A DNA stretch of 50,147 nt, the filler included, from Catajapyx aquilonaris (Eukaryota), in the NCBI GenBank assembly GCA_000934665.2. It is 3 parts of 3 records of this genome, joined end to end, with 100 filler letters (N's around TTAATTAATTAA, not from the genome) between each part and the next. Parts side by side here need not be neighbours in the genome. Positions count along the whole stretch, not along the records: positions 16,756 to 33,403 come from JYFJ02007140.1; positions 33,504 to 50,147 come from JYFJ02007141.1; 1 more part is not named here. One strand, 5' to 3'. The notes under the pieces were generated by a model. The model made no database searches. It had not been told where the DNA came from and worked only from the letters and a program-made list of their open reading frames with translations. Position 1 is the stretch's first letter. Every line of letters starts with the position of its first letter. The translations under genes were made by a program, and so were the position numbers. Of this stretch, positions 22,364 through 34,278 are shown piece by piece.

Positions 22364-22566
22364 GCCTCCTGGGTCTGCCAGTGCAAAGATCGCCTGTTGG
22401 CCCAACTGGAGGCAGACTTCAAGAAGACATTAAAACAGCAGAAGTCCCTGGAGCAGTGGGCTGCCTGGCTGGAAGGAGTTGTCAATCGGATGCTCAAGCC
22501 GCATGAGGGCAAACCTGACTTTGGCAAGGCTGCCCAACAGTTCCTGCTCAAGTGGTCCTTTTACAG
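22364..22566 (+). CDS. Rfx: RFX dimerisation domain exon
   Basis: ASWVCQC..FKKTLKQQKSLEQWAAWLE..FLLKWSFY, phase-2 donor GTACCG. Confidence 0.95.
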
Positions 22567-22662
22567 GTACCGGTATTGTTCTGTTTCAGTAAGTCTAGGA
22601 TATGAACAGCCTGAAGAGGATGGGGAGATTAACTGCAATATGCTTCTTTCTTTATTCAACAG

Positions 22663-22816
22663 CTCTGCGGTCATAAAGGAGTTGACGCTGCTCAGCGCTG
22701 CAAGCTTCGGGTCCTTCCACTTGGTCCGCCTTCTGAACGACGAGTATATGTGTTACCTCATAGAGAAGAGGGTAGCCTCAGCCACCGGGGAGACACACAT
22801 CGTGGTCATGAGCGAG
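22663..22816 (+). CDS. Rfx: RFX dimerisation domain exon
   Basis: SSAVIKELTLLSAASFGSFHLVRLLNDEYMCYLIEKRVASATGETHIVVMSE, acceptor TTCAACAG, donor GTGAAC. Confidence 0.95.
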
Positions 22817-23174
22817 GTGAACCACATGCAATACATTTGATTTCATGATTAAGGTGTCAGGCTGGTTTGTATTATTCCATCATAAAGGCCCGGGTAATGA
22901 ACTACTGTCGATTAATAGCTTATGCATAATTTGTATGAGTTAGCTAGCTTGTTATGTGGCAATCAAATATTTAGGTATCTAATTAAACAGTGGGAAGTTT
23001 TTTCAACCCTACTTTGTAATAGTGTCTGTTTTGGAGAATTACAAACTACAGTTTATATACATGGCTATTAAAGTGGTAATATGAGGCCACATTTTAGTTT
23101 AACTTATATTTTATATTTATTTTAGTCCAATTCGCATGTTTTTATCAATTTTAACACTTTGCCTTTTTGGTCAG

Positions 23175-23588
23175 AAACCTCGTGAGATTCTTGTGCCCCT
23201 GCCGCCATCCGCATCCCCTCCGTCCCTGGGCAGCAGCAATCCGTCCACCTCTGAGTCCGACATCAAGGGCGAAGGGGTAAACAACATGAGCCTAGGAGGA
23301 GGTGATGTCAACAGCAGTGGCAACGTGTACAACAAAGGATTGATGGTCTCGCCCACTTCTGTTTCTGCTGCTGGCATCGGCACTAGCATCAGCGGCAGTG
23401 GCGTCATGTCTAACCAACCACCACCAGCATCACCAGCAACAACAGCAAGCACAGCACCAGCAGCACCATCACCATCACCTCCCACTCAAGCAATAACAGC
23501 AGGACCAGAAGATGGTGCAGGTTGCCATATACCATTGCCTGAAGGTAGTTGTGAGTCACCGACTGCAAAGCGGTTCAAGACCAGCTAA
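23175..23588 (+). CDS. Rfx: RFX terminal exon (S/P/G/A-rich tail with basic NLS-like end)
   Basis: Acceptor TTTTTGGTCAG in phase 0; open to TAA at 23586-23588; ends PTAKRFKTS. Confidence 0.85.
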   Translation, partial: KPREILVPLPPSASPPSLGSSNPSTSESDIKGEGVNNMSLGGGDVNSSGNVYNKGLMVSPTSVSAAGIGTSISGSGVMSNQPPPASPATTASTAPAAPSPSPPTQAITAGPEDGAGCHIPLPEGSCESPTAKRFKTS

Positions 23589-24552
23589 CATCCCAAGGAG
23601 CTTTGTTACTCCCGCCTGTCCTCATCCTCGTGTTTTGTGCCCCCGCGTACTGGTATACCATTTCCAGTTGAGTTTGTTTGAGTAGCCATGCGTGTGACGG
23701 GTTTTCCTTGTGAAGACTGGCTTGTAAATAAATTCTTCTTTTTAAGTCCATTCGACCGTGTGATTCACTGCATGCGAGGGGAAGAGATGGGTGGGGGGGG
23801 GGGGGAGGGAGAGAGAGACATCTTAAACCGTTCCTACTCTATCTCCTCTCTCCACCTATTTCCTAATTATTGTTCCCACCATTTTTTTAAAATAACATAA
23901 TATTTTACGACCAAGCACGTTAGATCGGTTATGAAATCAGTTTCCAATGATTGTTGGAGTTGTCCGGAACAGCCTAGTCCGTAGCATTATTCACCTATTA
24001 TGTTACCTATTTTAAAATGCAGATCGGGGCCATTAATTGTTTGATGGTGTAGAAGGAGTGACAGTTCTCATCAGGTGTGAGTGACAAATTAAGCATTTGA
24101 CTTAAACAAACAGTATTTTGTTAAAGATTGGCTGTTTTATGTTTTGTTTTGTGCTGTAGGACAGGCTAATTTTTTTTGTAACTTGAGGAAGATTTGAGGC
24201 GAAAGTGCTAATAATTTGCAGATTAAAGCACTAAATATGTGCCTCATTTTGGGCACACTAAAGTATTTAGTTTAAACCAGTAGATAAGAAAACACACCAT
24301 TTACCTGAACCTAGAACAGTCATAATTATTGTAGTTTGGGGTACATGACTCCAGAGCCGGCCCGGGGGGGGGGGGGGNGGGGGGGGCGGCGGCAAAAGGG
24401 CACCCCGCCTCAGGCCTCGCGCTTGGGAAGACAACGGGCAACTTACGGGATTGCACAAAACTGAGAAATCCCCCATATTGTTACTCTTTCATTTTCCTAC
24501 TAAAAAATAAAATCAATGAAATCCCTATTAATAAAGGAAAAAGTTTGTGTCG

Positions 24553-26088
24553 GCCTAGTCCGTATCAATTCAGGCAGGGGGGTTACCTTCATAGTCTCAG
24601 ATGTTTTTGAATTTAACATATGTTAAAATTCAGGCAAAGGTACGAGACCCGTATTTTTTTGTTTTGTTCAAAAAAAATCCTGGCCCGAGATACAGGCCGC
24701 CAAAGATGGCGCCTCGGGCGCCATATTTCTCACTTGGGATTATCGGCAAACTTTTGAAACGCTCTATCGCTGGAACGGTTAAAGATACTTTGTTGTGGGC
24801 TTTTTTATTTGAAGGATGATATTCTTCCGATTAAAATGATATCCTCCGTTTGGAAATATGTGTCCAAGTTCTCTTGCTGTAGCCTTTTGAATTTCTTTTC
24901 CGAAAAATCAATTTTTTTTTTTTTTCAAAAAAGGCAATCCCAAAAATTTTGATTTTCTGACTGTTGATTAGTACCATAGAGTACTACATTCCCTGAAAAG
25001 GAGAGCTTCCACTTTTGAGTTTAACAGGTTTTATAAACAATGTTCATGTTTAAGCTTCCGTGGTTAATTTGGATTGGATACAAGATGGCTGGGGCCAGGA
25101 TCCACACCGATCCACACCCTACTCATGTGAAAATATCAGTGGTAATGATCCTATTGGCTATTGATTGTGAACAACAGGTTGCAACGAATCCTTTGTGGTC
25201 CAACAGCACTTAATAAGTAAGCTTTTGTGAGGATTCCGCTGATCACGGTCTTAAAAGATTTAAATTTAAATAAAATTAAAAATTAAAATTAAAAATAAAA
25301 TTAATAAAAATTAAATAAACGGAATATTAAATTTTGGAAACTTTAGTATGCTTTGAAAGCTGTATCTGTAACTTATATTTATTAAGAATTAAAATTTCAT
25401 GGCAAATAAGACTAGAGTTTGATTTCATGAGACCAATATGTGAGTATGTGTAACGGAAAGTGGTTTAATGTACTATATCGCTCAAAAAGATAGAGACGAT
25501 TGGCATTTGATTCAAGTGCAAGTTGCACTTGAGTCAAATGCAAAATCGTCTCTATCTTTTTGAGCGATATAGGTACATGGCAAAATTTTCAATTGTTTAT
25601 AAAACCTGTTAAACTCAAAAGTGGAAGCTCTCCTTTTCAGGGAATGTAGTACTCTATGGTACTAGTCAACAGTCAGAAAATCAAAAATTTTGGGATTGCC
25701 TTTTTTGAAAAAAAAATTTTTTGATTTTTCGAAAAAGAAATTTAAAAGGCTACAGCAAGAGAACTTGGACACATATTTCCAAACGGAGGATATCATTTTA
25801 ATCGGAAGAATATCATCTTGCATATTTAAAAACCCGCAACAAAGTATCTTTAACCGTTCCAGAGATAGAGCGTTTCAAAAGTTTGCCGATAATCCCAAGT
25901 GAGAAATATGGCGCCCGAGGCGCCATCTTTGGCGGCCTGTATCTCGGGCCAGGAATTTTTTTGATCAAAACAAAAAAATACGGGTCTCTTACCTTTGCCT
26001 GAATTTTAACATATGTTAAATTCAAAAACATCTGAGACTATGAAGGTAAGATTTTCTCTTTGCCTGCCTGAATTGATATGAACTAGGC
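24553..26088. mobile_element. Large foldback element with about 490-bp inverted arms
   Basis: 24553-25041 is the near-identical reverse complement of about 25592-26088 (mirror ORFs 24601+ and 25813-). No coding capacity and no clear TSD. Confidence 0.9.
25473..25572. repeat. 100-bp near-perfect palindrome nested in the foldback spacer
   Basis: CTATATCGCTCAAAAAGATAGAGACGATT..CAAGTGCAA-G-TTGCACTTG..AATCGTCTCTATCTTTTTGAGCGATATAG. Confidence 0.9.
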
Positions 26089-27042
26089 ATATAATATGTA
26101 TAATATTTTTATGTATGTCACGCCTAATTAAGCCACTTCCCGGGTACGGAGAGCGCTCAAATTTCGCAAAGCCATGTCTTACATATCGGTGACTCCGGGA
26201 AAAGTCCCAAAACCGCACTTTTTTGAGTCTATAAGGGGTGGTTTTCAGCAGATTAAGCAATTGCCTAGCAACCCTGGCTGTCAACAAGCCCAAATGATGG
26301 ATCTGCCTCTCTCACTCATGTTCTAAAATGAAATCAACATTGCATATTCAACAATGAAAACAATAGAACAACGGGCAGGTTGGCAAGAATAATAATTGCA
26401 GTACACGTAGGGTATTGTAACAATTAACGGTTGGAGTACTTCGGGGAGTGCCGAGATCAACAACACCGAACAATACAGTACTGTACAGTACATATCGATG
26501 GAACCTGCCACAAGGCACCAGGAAACACAGAGGAAAGAAGAGCAGGTATATACGTTCGTGTGTTTGGTCTCACTGTCAGAAGTGTTGAAGTGATGCCTTC
26601 ATGTTTAGATTGGGTCATCATCAAATATTTCAAAGAATTCCGATACAAAATTTTCAAATGTAATTTTAAAACAGGGGTTAATGTGAAACGGCGTAAAATG
26701 GAGCGGCGTAAAACTGGTACTTCCCGCATGGGAAATCTTTTTTGACCGTTTCACAACCAGCAGGGTATCATAATTTTCAATTGATCATTGTGATTTTGTT
26801 TATGGATCATGATTTCAATGCTCTGGATATGTGATAGGAGACATGGCAAACCATACAATGAACATGCGGTAATACTTTTTCCCTGGGTCGTAAATAAAAA
26901 GCACAAAATCAGACATTCGCGTTTCCCGCTGGTGTTCTGAAATAGGTAGCCTGGCTTTGATAATGGCCTACTGGACTTATTGCAGTGTGATATACTGCGA
27001 CCTGTACTTACGAACGGGCTCCCAAGGCTCCCCATAAGGATA

Positions 27043-27604
27043 CAGGTAGTACCCGTTTTACGCCGGTAATATATTGGTTCCCGCAAAACGCGGCGTAAAA
27101 TGAAAAGGGGTAAAACGAGACAAAACTATAATGGAAGTAAATGAGATAGGCTCCAAGATTTCCAAAAATTTCCCTGATACAGTGCTTAAATTGCAGTTTT
27201 TAATGCCGACTATTTGAAACGTTTATAATGCACGTATAATGGTTAAGGTTCCAGCTTAAGGGTCATTTGGGTCTGAGGCCTCTTTTCCCTTCTTTTGGCA
27301 AGAACTGCAGTAGACGTAGGGTATTTAACAGACTTCGGAGGGTTCCGATGAGACCATCAATACGGTACTGTATTTATTGATAGAACCCGCCACAAGGCAC
27401 CACGAAAGACAAAAAATAGCATTATTTTATGGTCGCGCATTTGGACTCAAAAGTGTTGAAGTGTTGTGCTTATGTTCAGACTGTGTTGTTATCGTCATAT
27501 TTTTCACAAATTTTCAATTTAAAATTTTTATAATGTCATTTTCAAACCGGGGTTAACGTAAAACGGCGTAAAATGATGGAGCGGTGGGAAACTGGTACCT
27601 ACTG
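27043..27604. mobile_element. pogo/Tigger-like MITE; partial copies at about 26390-26728 and inverted at about 35130-35350
   Basis: TA-CAGGTAGTACCCGTTTTACGCC .. AAACTGGTACCTACTG termini and GGCGTAAAAT subterminal repeats; internal sequence shared with the other two copies. Confidence 0.65.
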
Positions 27605-27615
27605 CATTTGATAAT

Positions 27616-28242
27616 GGACGGTGTTATGCAATAATGCGTCAACCCACATGAGACCAGTTTTGAGAAAAGGGGCTTTGCAGGTCATACCTGTGAAATTAAT
27701 TCAGTGTTCTTTTTGGTCATTTATGGCAGAAGCATGCAGATTTCACCAGCGTGATTTTAACTGAAGTAGGATCCTTTAGGTCCTACTATTCTTAACCTGG
27801 GGTGCCCGCACCTCCAGGGGGTGCGAGGTGGCTTCCCTGGGGGTGCGAGCAAGGTGCACCTCTGGACTTAACCTAACCAAGAGCTAATAACTGGTCTAAC
27901 TATGAACTTAATCAATCACCCCTGGTAAAGGGGGTGCGACAAGGACCAATACATTGTCTACAAAGGGGTGCGGAGGCCCGAAAAGATTAAGAACCTCTGC
28001 TTTAGGTTCCTGGGCTTGGCTCAATTTTGACATTTTTGTGGGTTGGCAAATTATTGCATAACACCGTCCATGCACACCATTCATGAGTTACCTTTTCGGT
28101 CATTTGTGGCAGAAGTATGGAGATTTCGCCACCTGGATTTTAACTGAATGAAGTACCGGTACTATCCTTTAGGTGTATGTTCCTGGGCATAACTCAATTT
28201 AGACATTTTTGTGGGTTGACCCATTATTGCATAACACTGTCC
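27616..28242. mobile_element. TIR element with duplicated right end and nested hAT MITE
   Basis: TIR GGACGGTGTTATGCAATAAT / ATTATTGCATAACACCGTCC (ends 28069); right part repeated at about 28097-28242. Confidence 0.7.
27782..27999. mobile_element. hAT-type MITE
   Basis: 8-bp TSD CTTTAGGT (27774-27781 and 28000-28007), right terminus TTAAGAACCTCTG, GGGGTGCG repeats. Confidence 0.8.
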
Positions 28243-28339
28243 AATAATTATCCCTCCGCATTCGATCACTTCTGTGAACGTTGACTGACACCAAGTTCAA
28301 CATAATTATGTATCAGACACTACACACGGGTTTGCTGCT

Positions 28340-28462
28340 ATACATTAATTAATTAATAACATGATATGTATGGCAAAGTTTCTTTTTTTTGCCCATGGCA
28401 ACAGCATTTTGTTGGTGATTACCATGGAAACAGGCCGTGCGAAGAACGGGCTCCTCTGCTAG
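28340..28462 (+). mobile_element. Helitron-like 3' end
   Basis: Hairpin CCGTGCGAAGAACGG followed after a short spacer by CTAG|T. 5' boundary approximate. Confidence 0.55.
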
Positions 28463-29437
28463 TAAATAAATAAATCGTTCCTGCATCATATCCTCCTGAG
28501 ACTAAATGTCCATTTAAATGGACATCTGGAAAAGCTTCTTTGGCGCCAACTAGTGATGCCAACACAACTGTAATCTGTTGGTATCCCATGATTACAATCT
28601 GGCCTCAATAGGTGTGGCCACCTAGTGTCGAATATCTGACTTGGGCCGCGAAAATTAAATCGCGGAAAAAATGGCGGATGCCGCTGCTGAAGCTAGGCGC
28701 TCATCTGAGAAGTTTTATTTTTTTCCTCATATTTAGAGTGCGATTTTTGTCAATGCAGCGAATGTCCGGGCATTCACAAGGAATATGCATTAGGAAATGC
28801 AAAGAGAAATGTCTGTGGCAATCTTTGTTGTGGAGAATTGGTAATTTTCTTTTCTTCCTGAGACCAAATGCCCATTTAAATGGACATCCGAAAAAAGTTT
28901 TATTTAGCTGAATGGGCTGTGACTTTTCTCTAATTGCATGTACCTATACACCCATAAGGAAGTGTGCTTTGCTCTATACAGTTCAGTTTTAAAATCTAGA
29001 ATAGCGATGTACCATGTTGGGAGGTAAGAAGGTATGCAAGCCCCATGCCTGGAGTGGTGGCGTTCAAAAATAAATTCATTTATCTTTAATTGTCTTCTGA
29101 GAGGAATTGCTACCACGAATTCCACAAATGAATTTCATAAACATTGTTTTGAGGATAGAGCACTATGTGAGTGATCCAAGTGGCAATTCAATTTTCAGCT
29201 TTCATCGGTTCTGCTTTTGTAGCAGGAAATGAATCCCAATGTTCTCATTGGTTGTTTGTCATTATTTATTTCAGTGTTTTAAAATTATAATTTTTTTCTC
29301 GTTTCTTATTGCGAAAATGTTCAGAAAATGCAATAGGAACTGACATTGCATTACTCAATTCTTCTCGGGTCTTGAAACGAACACGTCTGGTAAAAAGGAC
29401 TCCCCAACCTAAACTAAACAATGTATCTGATGACAAC

Positions 29438-31238
29438 GAAAGGTGGGCATTTGCGCCGATAATCAGCTAACAGCTAATAGTTGAACTAACTTTTCGCTAG
29501 CTGATTAGCTGTTTTCGGTAATTTTTCAGGCCGCTAGCTGACTAATTAGCTCCCACTAAATTTAGTGCCGCACTGCAGCTAAAAATATTCATTCGTGTTC
29601 CTGTCTCGCTGTCTGTTACTTTTTAAAGTTGCATTGTTTCCACTCCAGGCGGGTATTAAAATAGACCAGTTGATCTAGAAGGCTAACCAACATCATCATA
29701 CCAACTAACCAACCGGTTGTCATTAGCGCCTCTAAGCAGCTAACAGCTAATAGCTGAACTAACTTTTCGTTAGCTGATTAGCTGTTTGCTCTAACATTTC
29801 AGGCCGCGAGCTGACTAATTAGCTCCCACTAAATTAGTGCCGCACTGCAGCTGAAAGCTAACAAACTTCATTCGTGTTCCTGTCTCGCTGTCTGTTCCTT
29901 TTTAAAGTTGCATTGTTTCCACTTCAGGCAGGGATTAAAATAGACCAGTTTTACAGGGCTAGGTGCCGGATTGTAAAATTCTCTGTCTACTTGGCCAAAA
30001 CTTATTTTCCGATCACTTCGGTGCGCGGATGATATTACAGCTACCAGTTTTTTAATATAAATTTTGCCTTGCCTGTTTTTACAGCTTTCTTCTGAGACAA
30101 ATAAACTTTTTTCCTCTTTGGATTTGTTTATTACTTTTTGTACGGAACAGTAGCCTAAATAACTAAATATGGCATATGTGTAGCAATGCTCTTAGGCTTT
30201 ATCAGCTTAGGTCTGTTTTTAAGGGGTCATGGAGCCAAAAAAAAGAAGAAGGAAGTTAGCTGTTAGCTGTTAGCATTAGCTTTAACTAATTTTCTAGCCA
30301 TTTAGCATTAGCTATTTAGCAAATCCCATTTTTGTAGTTAGCTGATCAGCTGTTAGAGAAGCTGATTTTTCGGTTAGCTGTGCCCACCTTTGCAACTAAC
30401 CAACCGGTTGTCATTGTGGAACTCTGTGTGGTATTTGTTTGTTGTAAATACGCTCGCAACGTACTGCGATTGTGTCTTGTATACAACTGTTTTCTTTTCC
30501 TCTTCTTTTCTTTTTTTTCTTTTACGCACATATTCAGACTAGAGGGCCATCAGCTATTTTACCTGTTCGTATGCCCACCTACTAACTGTTGGCAGCCGTT
30601 TGTTCCTGTCACTACGGTGTGCGGAATTGCTTAAAACTCCCTTTTTTGCCGCCGCCCATATAGTCATATTACATGGCTAGGTGCCGTATTGTAAATTCTC
30701 TAACTGCTGTCTACCTGGCAAAAAACTTATTTTCCGATCACTTCGGTGCGCGGATTCTGTTGTAGCTACCAGTTATTTTAAAGTTTTTTTTTGCCTTGCC
30801 TGTCTTTGTAGCCTTCTTCTACCATGCTGTGTGTCCGGCTTGATATTGAAAAAACTTACCAACTAACCAACATCTTGATTCACTTCCAAACGATGGAGCC
30901 AAAGTAAAATAAATTTGCCAATTCCCAATATATTGCAAAATGTAAAACTTGTCACTTTTGTAACCAATAAACTTGTTTCCTCTTTGGATTTGATTATTAC
31001 CTTTTGTACGGAATAGTAAATAACTAAACCAGGCGTATGTGTAGCAATGATCTCTCAGTTTTATCAGCTTAGGTATGTTTTTATTAAGGTTCATGGAGCA
31101 AAAAAAAAGTTAGGTGTTAGCTTTAGCTTCCAATAATTTTGTAGCCTTTTAGCTTTAGCTACTTAGCAAAGCCATTTTTATAGTTAGCTGATTAGCTGTT
31201 AGAGAAGCTGATTTTTCGGTTAGCTGTGCCCACCTTTG
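29438..31238. mobile_element. P/hAT-like non-autonomous element with a self-nested copy
   Basis: Termini (G)AAAGGTGGGCA / TGCCCACCTTTG, 8-bp TSD ATGACAAC / ATAACAAC, AGCTAACAGCTAA subterminal arrays. Inner copy at 29725-30392. Confidence 0.8.
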
Positions 31239-31410
31239 ATAACAACAAGTGCGAGCCTTCTTCGCCTTCGATAAGTGCAGAGGCACCCTTGCTTCTCCCT
31301 CGCAGTGGGTCGTCTCCCTCCCTAATATTATTGCCAGGCCCCGCGCTTCCAAAAATCCAAATTATTCATTACTAACAGTGTTGGGAGAGATCACCCAAAA
31401 ATGTTTATCC

Positions 31411-32423
31411 GTTTATTTAATATATAGAGCCCTGTGTTTGACTCTAAACAACTCCCAGGCAAATTATCAAAAAAAAGGTATGTATCGTTAGAAATCTTGT
31501 TTAAATCCACGTTACAGATATGCGACTTGTTCTCCTATTATTATCAGTGTCTAATTTTCTATCGTAAGAAGAAGGCGGAAAAGTGTCATTTTTTGACTAG
31601 TTGCCGACGTTGCACCCCAAAGTGAATTTTTAATGACGCTTTCAGGAGCCAAAAAAAGTCCACCTGTGAACCCTGGATAGTGCACATCTTTGTGTATCTA
31701 ATGATATATTTGAAACTTAGAAATCCCCATTTGTGTAATCACAATTAAGTTAATTGCACACCTCTGTTATCTCGGCTGTTTACAATCCGAATTACTTCGC
31801 GAATGTATCGACGGCAAGCCAGAAATGTGCGTGATAAGATTACGCAGTGCTCTATTACACTAAAATTTTTGAATATATTGGTTTAGTCAGTTTAATAGAA
31901 AAGGACCCAGTCAGCTTTCTGGCGGGAATAGACGGCGATACTTTTAAATACGTTTAAAAGATTGAGCGCAACTGATATAGCACAATGTAATCTTATCACG
32001 AACATTTCTGGCTTGCCGTCGATACATTCGCGAAGTAATTCGGATTATAAACAGCCTAGATAACAGAGGGGTGCAATTAACTTAATTATGATTACACAAA
32101 TGGCGATTTCTAAGTTTCAAATATATCATTAGATAGACAAAGATGTGCACTATCCAGGGTTCACAGGGAGACTTTTTTGGGCTCCTGAAAGCGTCATTAA
32201 AAATTCACTTTGCGGTGGAACGTCGCGTCGGCAACTAGTCAAAAAATGACACTTTTCCGCCTTCTTTTTATGATAGAAAATTAGACACTGACCATAGGAG
32301 CACAAGTCGCATATATGTAACGTGGATTTAAACCTGATTTCTAACGACACATACCGTTATATTTTTGGATAATTTGCCTGGGAGTTGTTTAGAGTCAAAC
32401 ACAGGGCTCTATATTAAACAAAC
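31411..32423. mobile_element. Foldback element with about 445-bp inverted arms
   Basis: 31411-31856 is the reverse complement of about 31976-32423 (mirror ORFs 31434+ and 32150-), spacer about 120 bp. Confidence 0.9.
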
Positions 32424-32513
32424 TAATAGTAGATCAGATCCCAGATACTTCAGCGTTTTCGTACATCCCTGTTCAGATCTCTCAATTCTAAAAGATCTAG
32501 GTATGATCTAGAT

Positions 32514-32844
32514 CAGAGTTTCCCAAACTGTGCTCCGCGGAGCACTTGGTGCTCCGTGAAGCTCAGTTCTCCAAGTGCTCCGCGAAGAGGTTGGGGAAAA
32601 AAGGAATTCTTCAATAAGCTATATGCATTCAAATCTCTCAGTAGCTTGTGTGACCTTGAACCAAAAAAAATTTGCCTGCGGCGCCCTTCCGCCCCTCACC
32701 TTCCCATTTACTTATTTGGCTCTGCCCCCACCCCCCTCCGCCCCAGATTTTTTTTCTGCTTCCGCAGTTTGATGATGTTAGTGCTCCGTCACAAATATCT
32801 CTCCTGAAAAGTGCTCCGTGATTCAAAAAGTTTGGGAACCTCTG
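32514..32844. mobile_element. hAT-type MITE
   Basis: TIR CAGAGTTTCCCAAACT / AGTTTGGGAACCTCTG, perfect 8-bp TSD ATCTAGAT, GTGCTCCG repeats. Confidence 0.92.
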
Positions 32845-33159
32845 ATCTAGATAATATTTCAGATCACACAACCTAAAGTGATTTACGTCAATTAGCAGTT
32901 TAGTTCAAGTGAAGAGGGATACAGGGAACTTGAATATTGTCTGCCACCCCCAGGGGCATATTGCTAAATTGCAACAGAAAACAGTGAGATCCATTGATGA
33001 ATGTGTCAAAAATAATAACCCTGCAATTGAAAATATTATAGTAATAAGTAAACAGAATATTTTCACATACATAAAAATAGTTGAAATATACAGGCCTAGT
33101 CAATAAATCACAAAATTCCCAGCATGTCCCATACATATTATATTTTGACGAGCATTTAT

Positions 33160-33290
33160 TACGACGGACTATCAATTCGGAGCGCAGTGACCCTGGCGAA
33201 GTTGCAGAAGGCCATCAGGTGGAAACGACCAGGATTTCTCACTGCTGGGGTCATCCTTCTCCACGACAACGCCCGTCCGGACACATCGAG
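33160..33290 (+). pseudogene. mariner transposase fragment
   Basis: TINSE.. then frameshift to TLAKLQKAIRWKRPGFLTAGVILLHDNARP; HDNARP is the second catalytic-Asp motif of mariner DD34D transposases. Confidence 0.88.
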
Positions 33291-33403
33291 GGATACTTAT
33301 GCTCTTGGGTGGTTCCATTTCAGATCAGCCAGTGAGTGAAAAAAGGTGTCAGGTCATAGTCATCGATTTTTTTGAAAAATATATATGTGAAACCCACATC
33401 GAA

Positions 33404-33503
33404 NNNNNNNNNNNNNNNNNNNNNNNNNNNNNNNNNNNNNNNNNNNNTTAATTAATTAANNNNNNNNNNNNNNNNNNNNNNNNNNNNNNNNNNNNNNNNN
33501 NNN
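33404..33503. other. Assembly gap with TTAATTAATTAA linker
   Basis: 44 N + linker + 44 N. Confidence 0.95.
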
Positions 33504-33725
33504 CCGGATGCATTACTTTCGAATTGGTACCATCACATTTGTCTCCATTTTTACTTTCAAATAATTTTTTGGTGGGAAAGGACAGTAAACAGTCCTACCT
33601 TGGTAAATTAATCAACATGACACATCCTTTCGTTCACGTCCTTACGCACCAAAAAATTATTTTAAAGTAAAAGTGGAGACAAATGTAATGGTACCAATGT
33701 GAGAATTCGAAAGTAATGCATCCGG
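33504..33725. repeat. Inverted repeat (about 75-80 bp arms), probably the core of a foldback cut by the gap
   Basis: CCGGATGCATTACTTTCGAATT..TGGTG / CACCAAAAAATTATTT..TTCGAAAGTAATGCATCCGG. Confidence 0.85.
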
Positions 33726-34278
33726 GTCCGCCATTTCATGCATTCCTTTTCAAATTTTTATTGGACCAGGTTATGGACCAATGCGAAAAATAAGGTCAGG
33801 CTTATCAGAGGGTACTCTTTGAAAATCTACAATACCATGTCGAGCCGCCTGAGAGAAATGGCATTCAAACATCATATTATGATAAAGTGATCCATAGCCT
33901 ACACCCAGACATTACACAGTGAGCAATACTCCTCATCCATTATTCGCAAATTATAACCTTTAATCCAAAGTTTCTTTGACTTATTTCTTAATTTGGCTAA
34001 TAGACGAACCAGTCTCAGCGGAATGCTTTTATGTCGGTGCTCCTCCTGTAAAAACCCATTTGAAATATCACGATAGTGCGTATAATGATGTGTATTAACC
34101 AACAGTATACGGTCGGTCTCAATACTACTATCCACAAAGGTCGTGACCAATTTCGTCATATCTATGCCATCGTGGTTTTTTAGCCAGGGATTCCAGGAAC
34201 ACCCTGTATACTATTCGTATAAAAAGTATAGTGCTCTGACTTTGCAATGCAACAATTCCTGAAGGTAGATCACAAAAA

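Noticed and set aside
24601..26031. Duplicated 72-aa genes on opposite strands (also 31434+ and 32150-)
   Set aside because: They are mirror images from foldback arms with no coding signal.
34020..34075. LLCRCSSCKNPF resembling a CRC (tesmin) motif
   Set aside because: Too short, lacks the remaining cysteines and ends at a stop.
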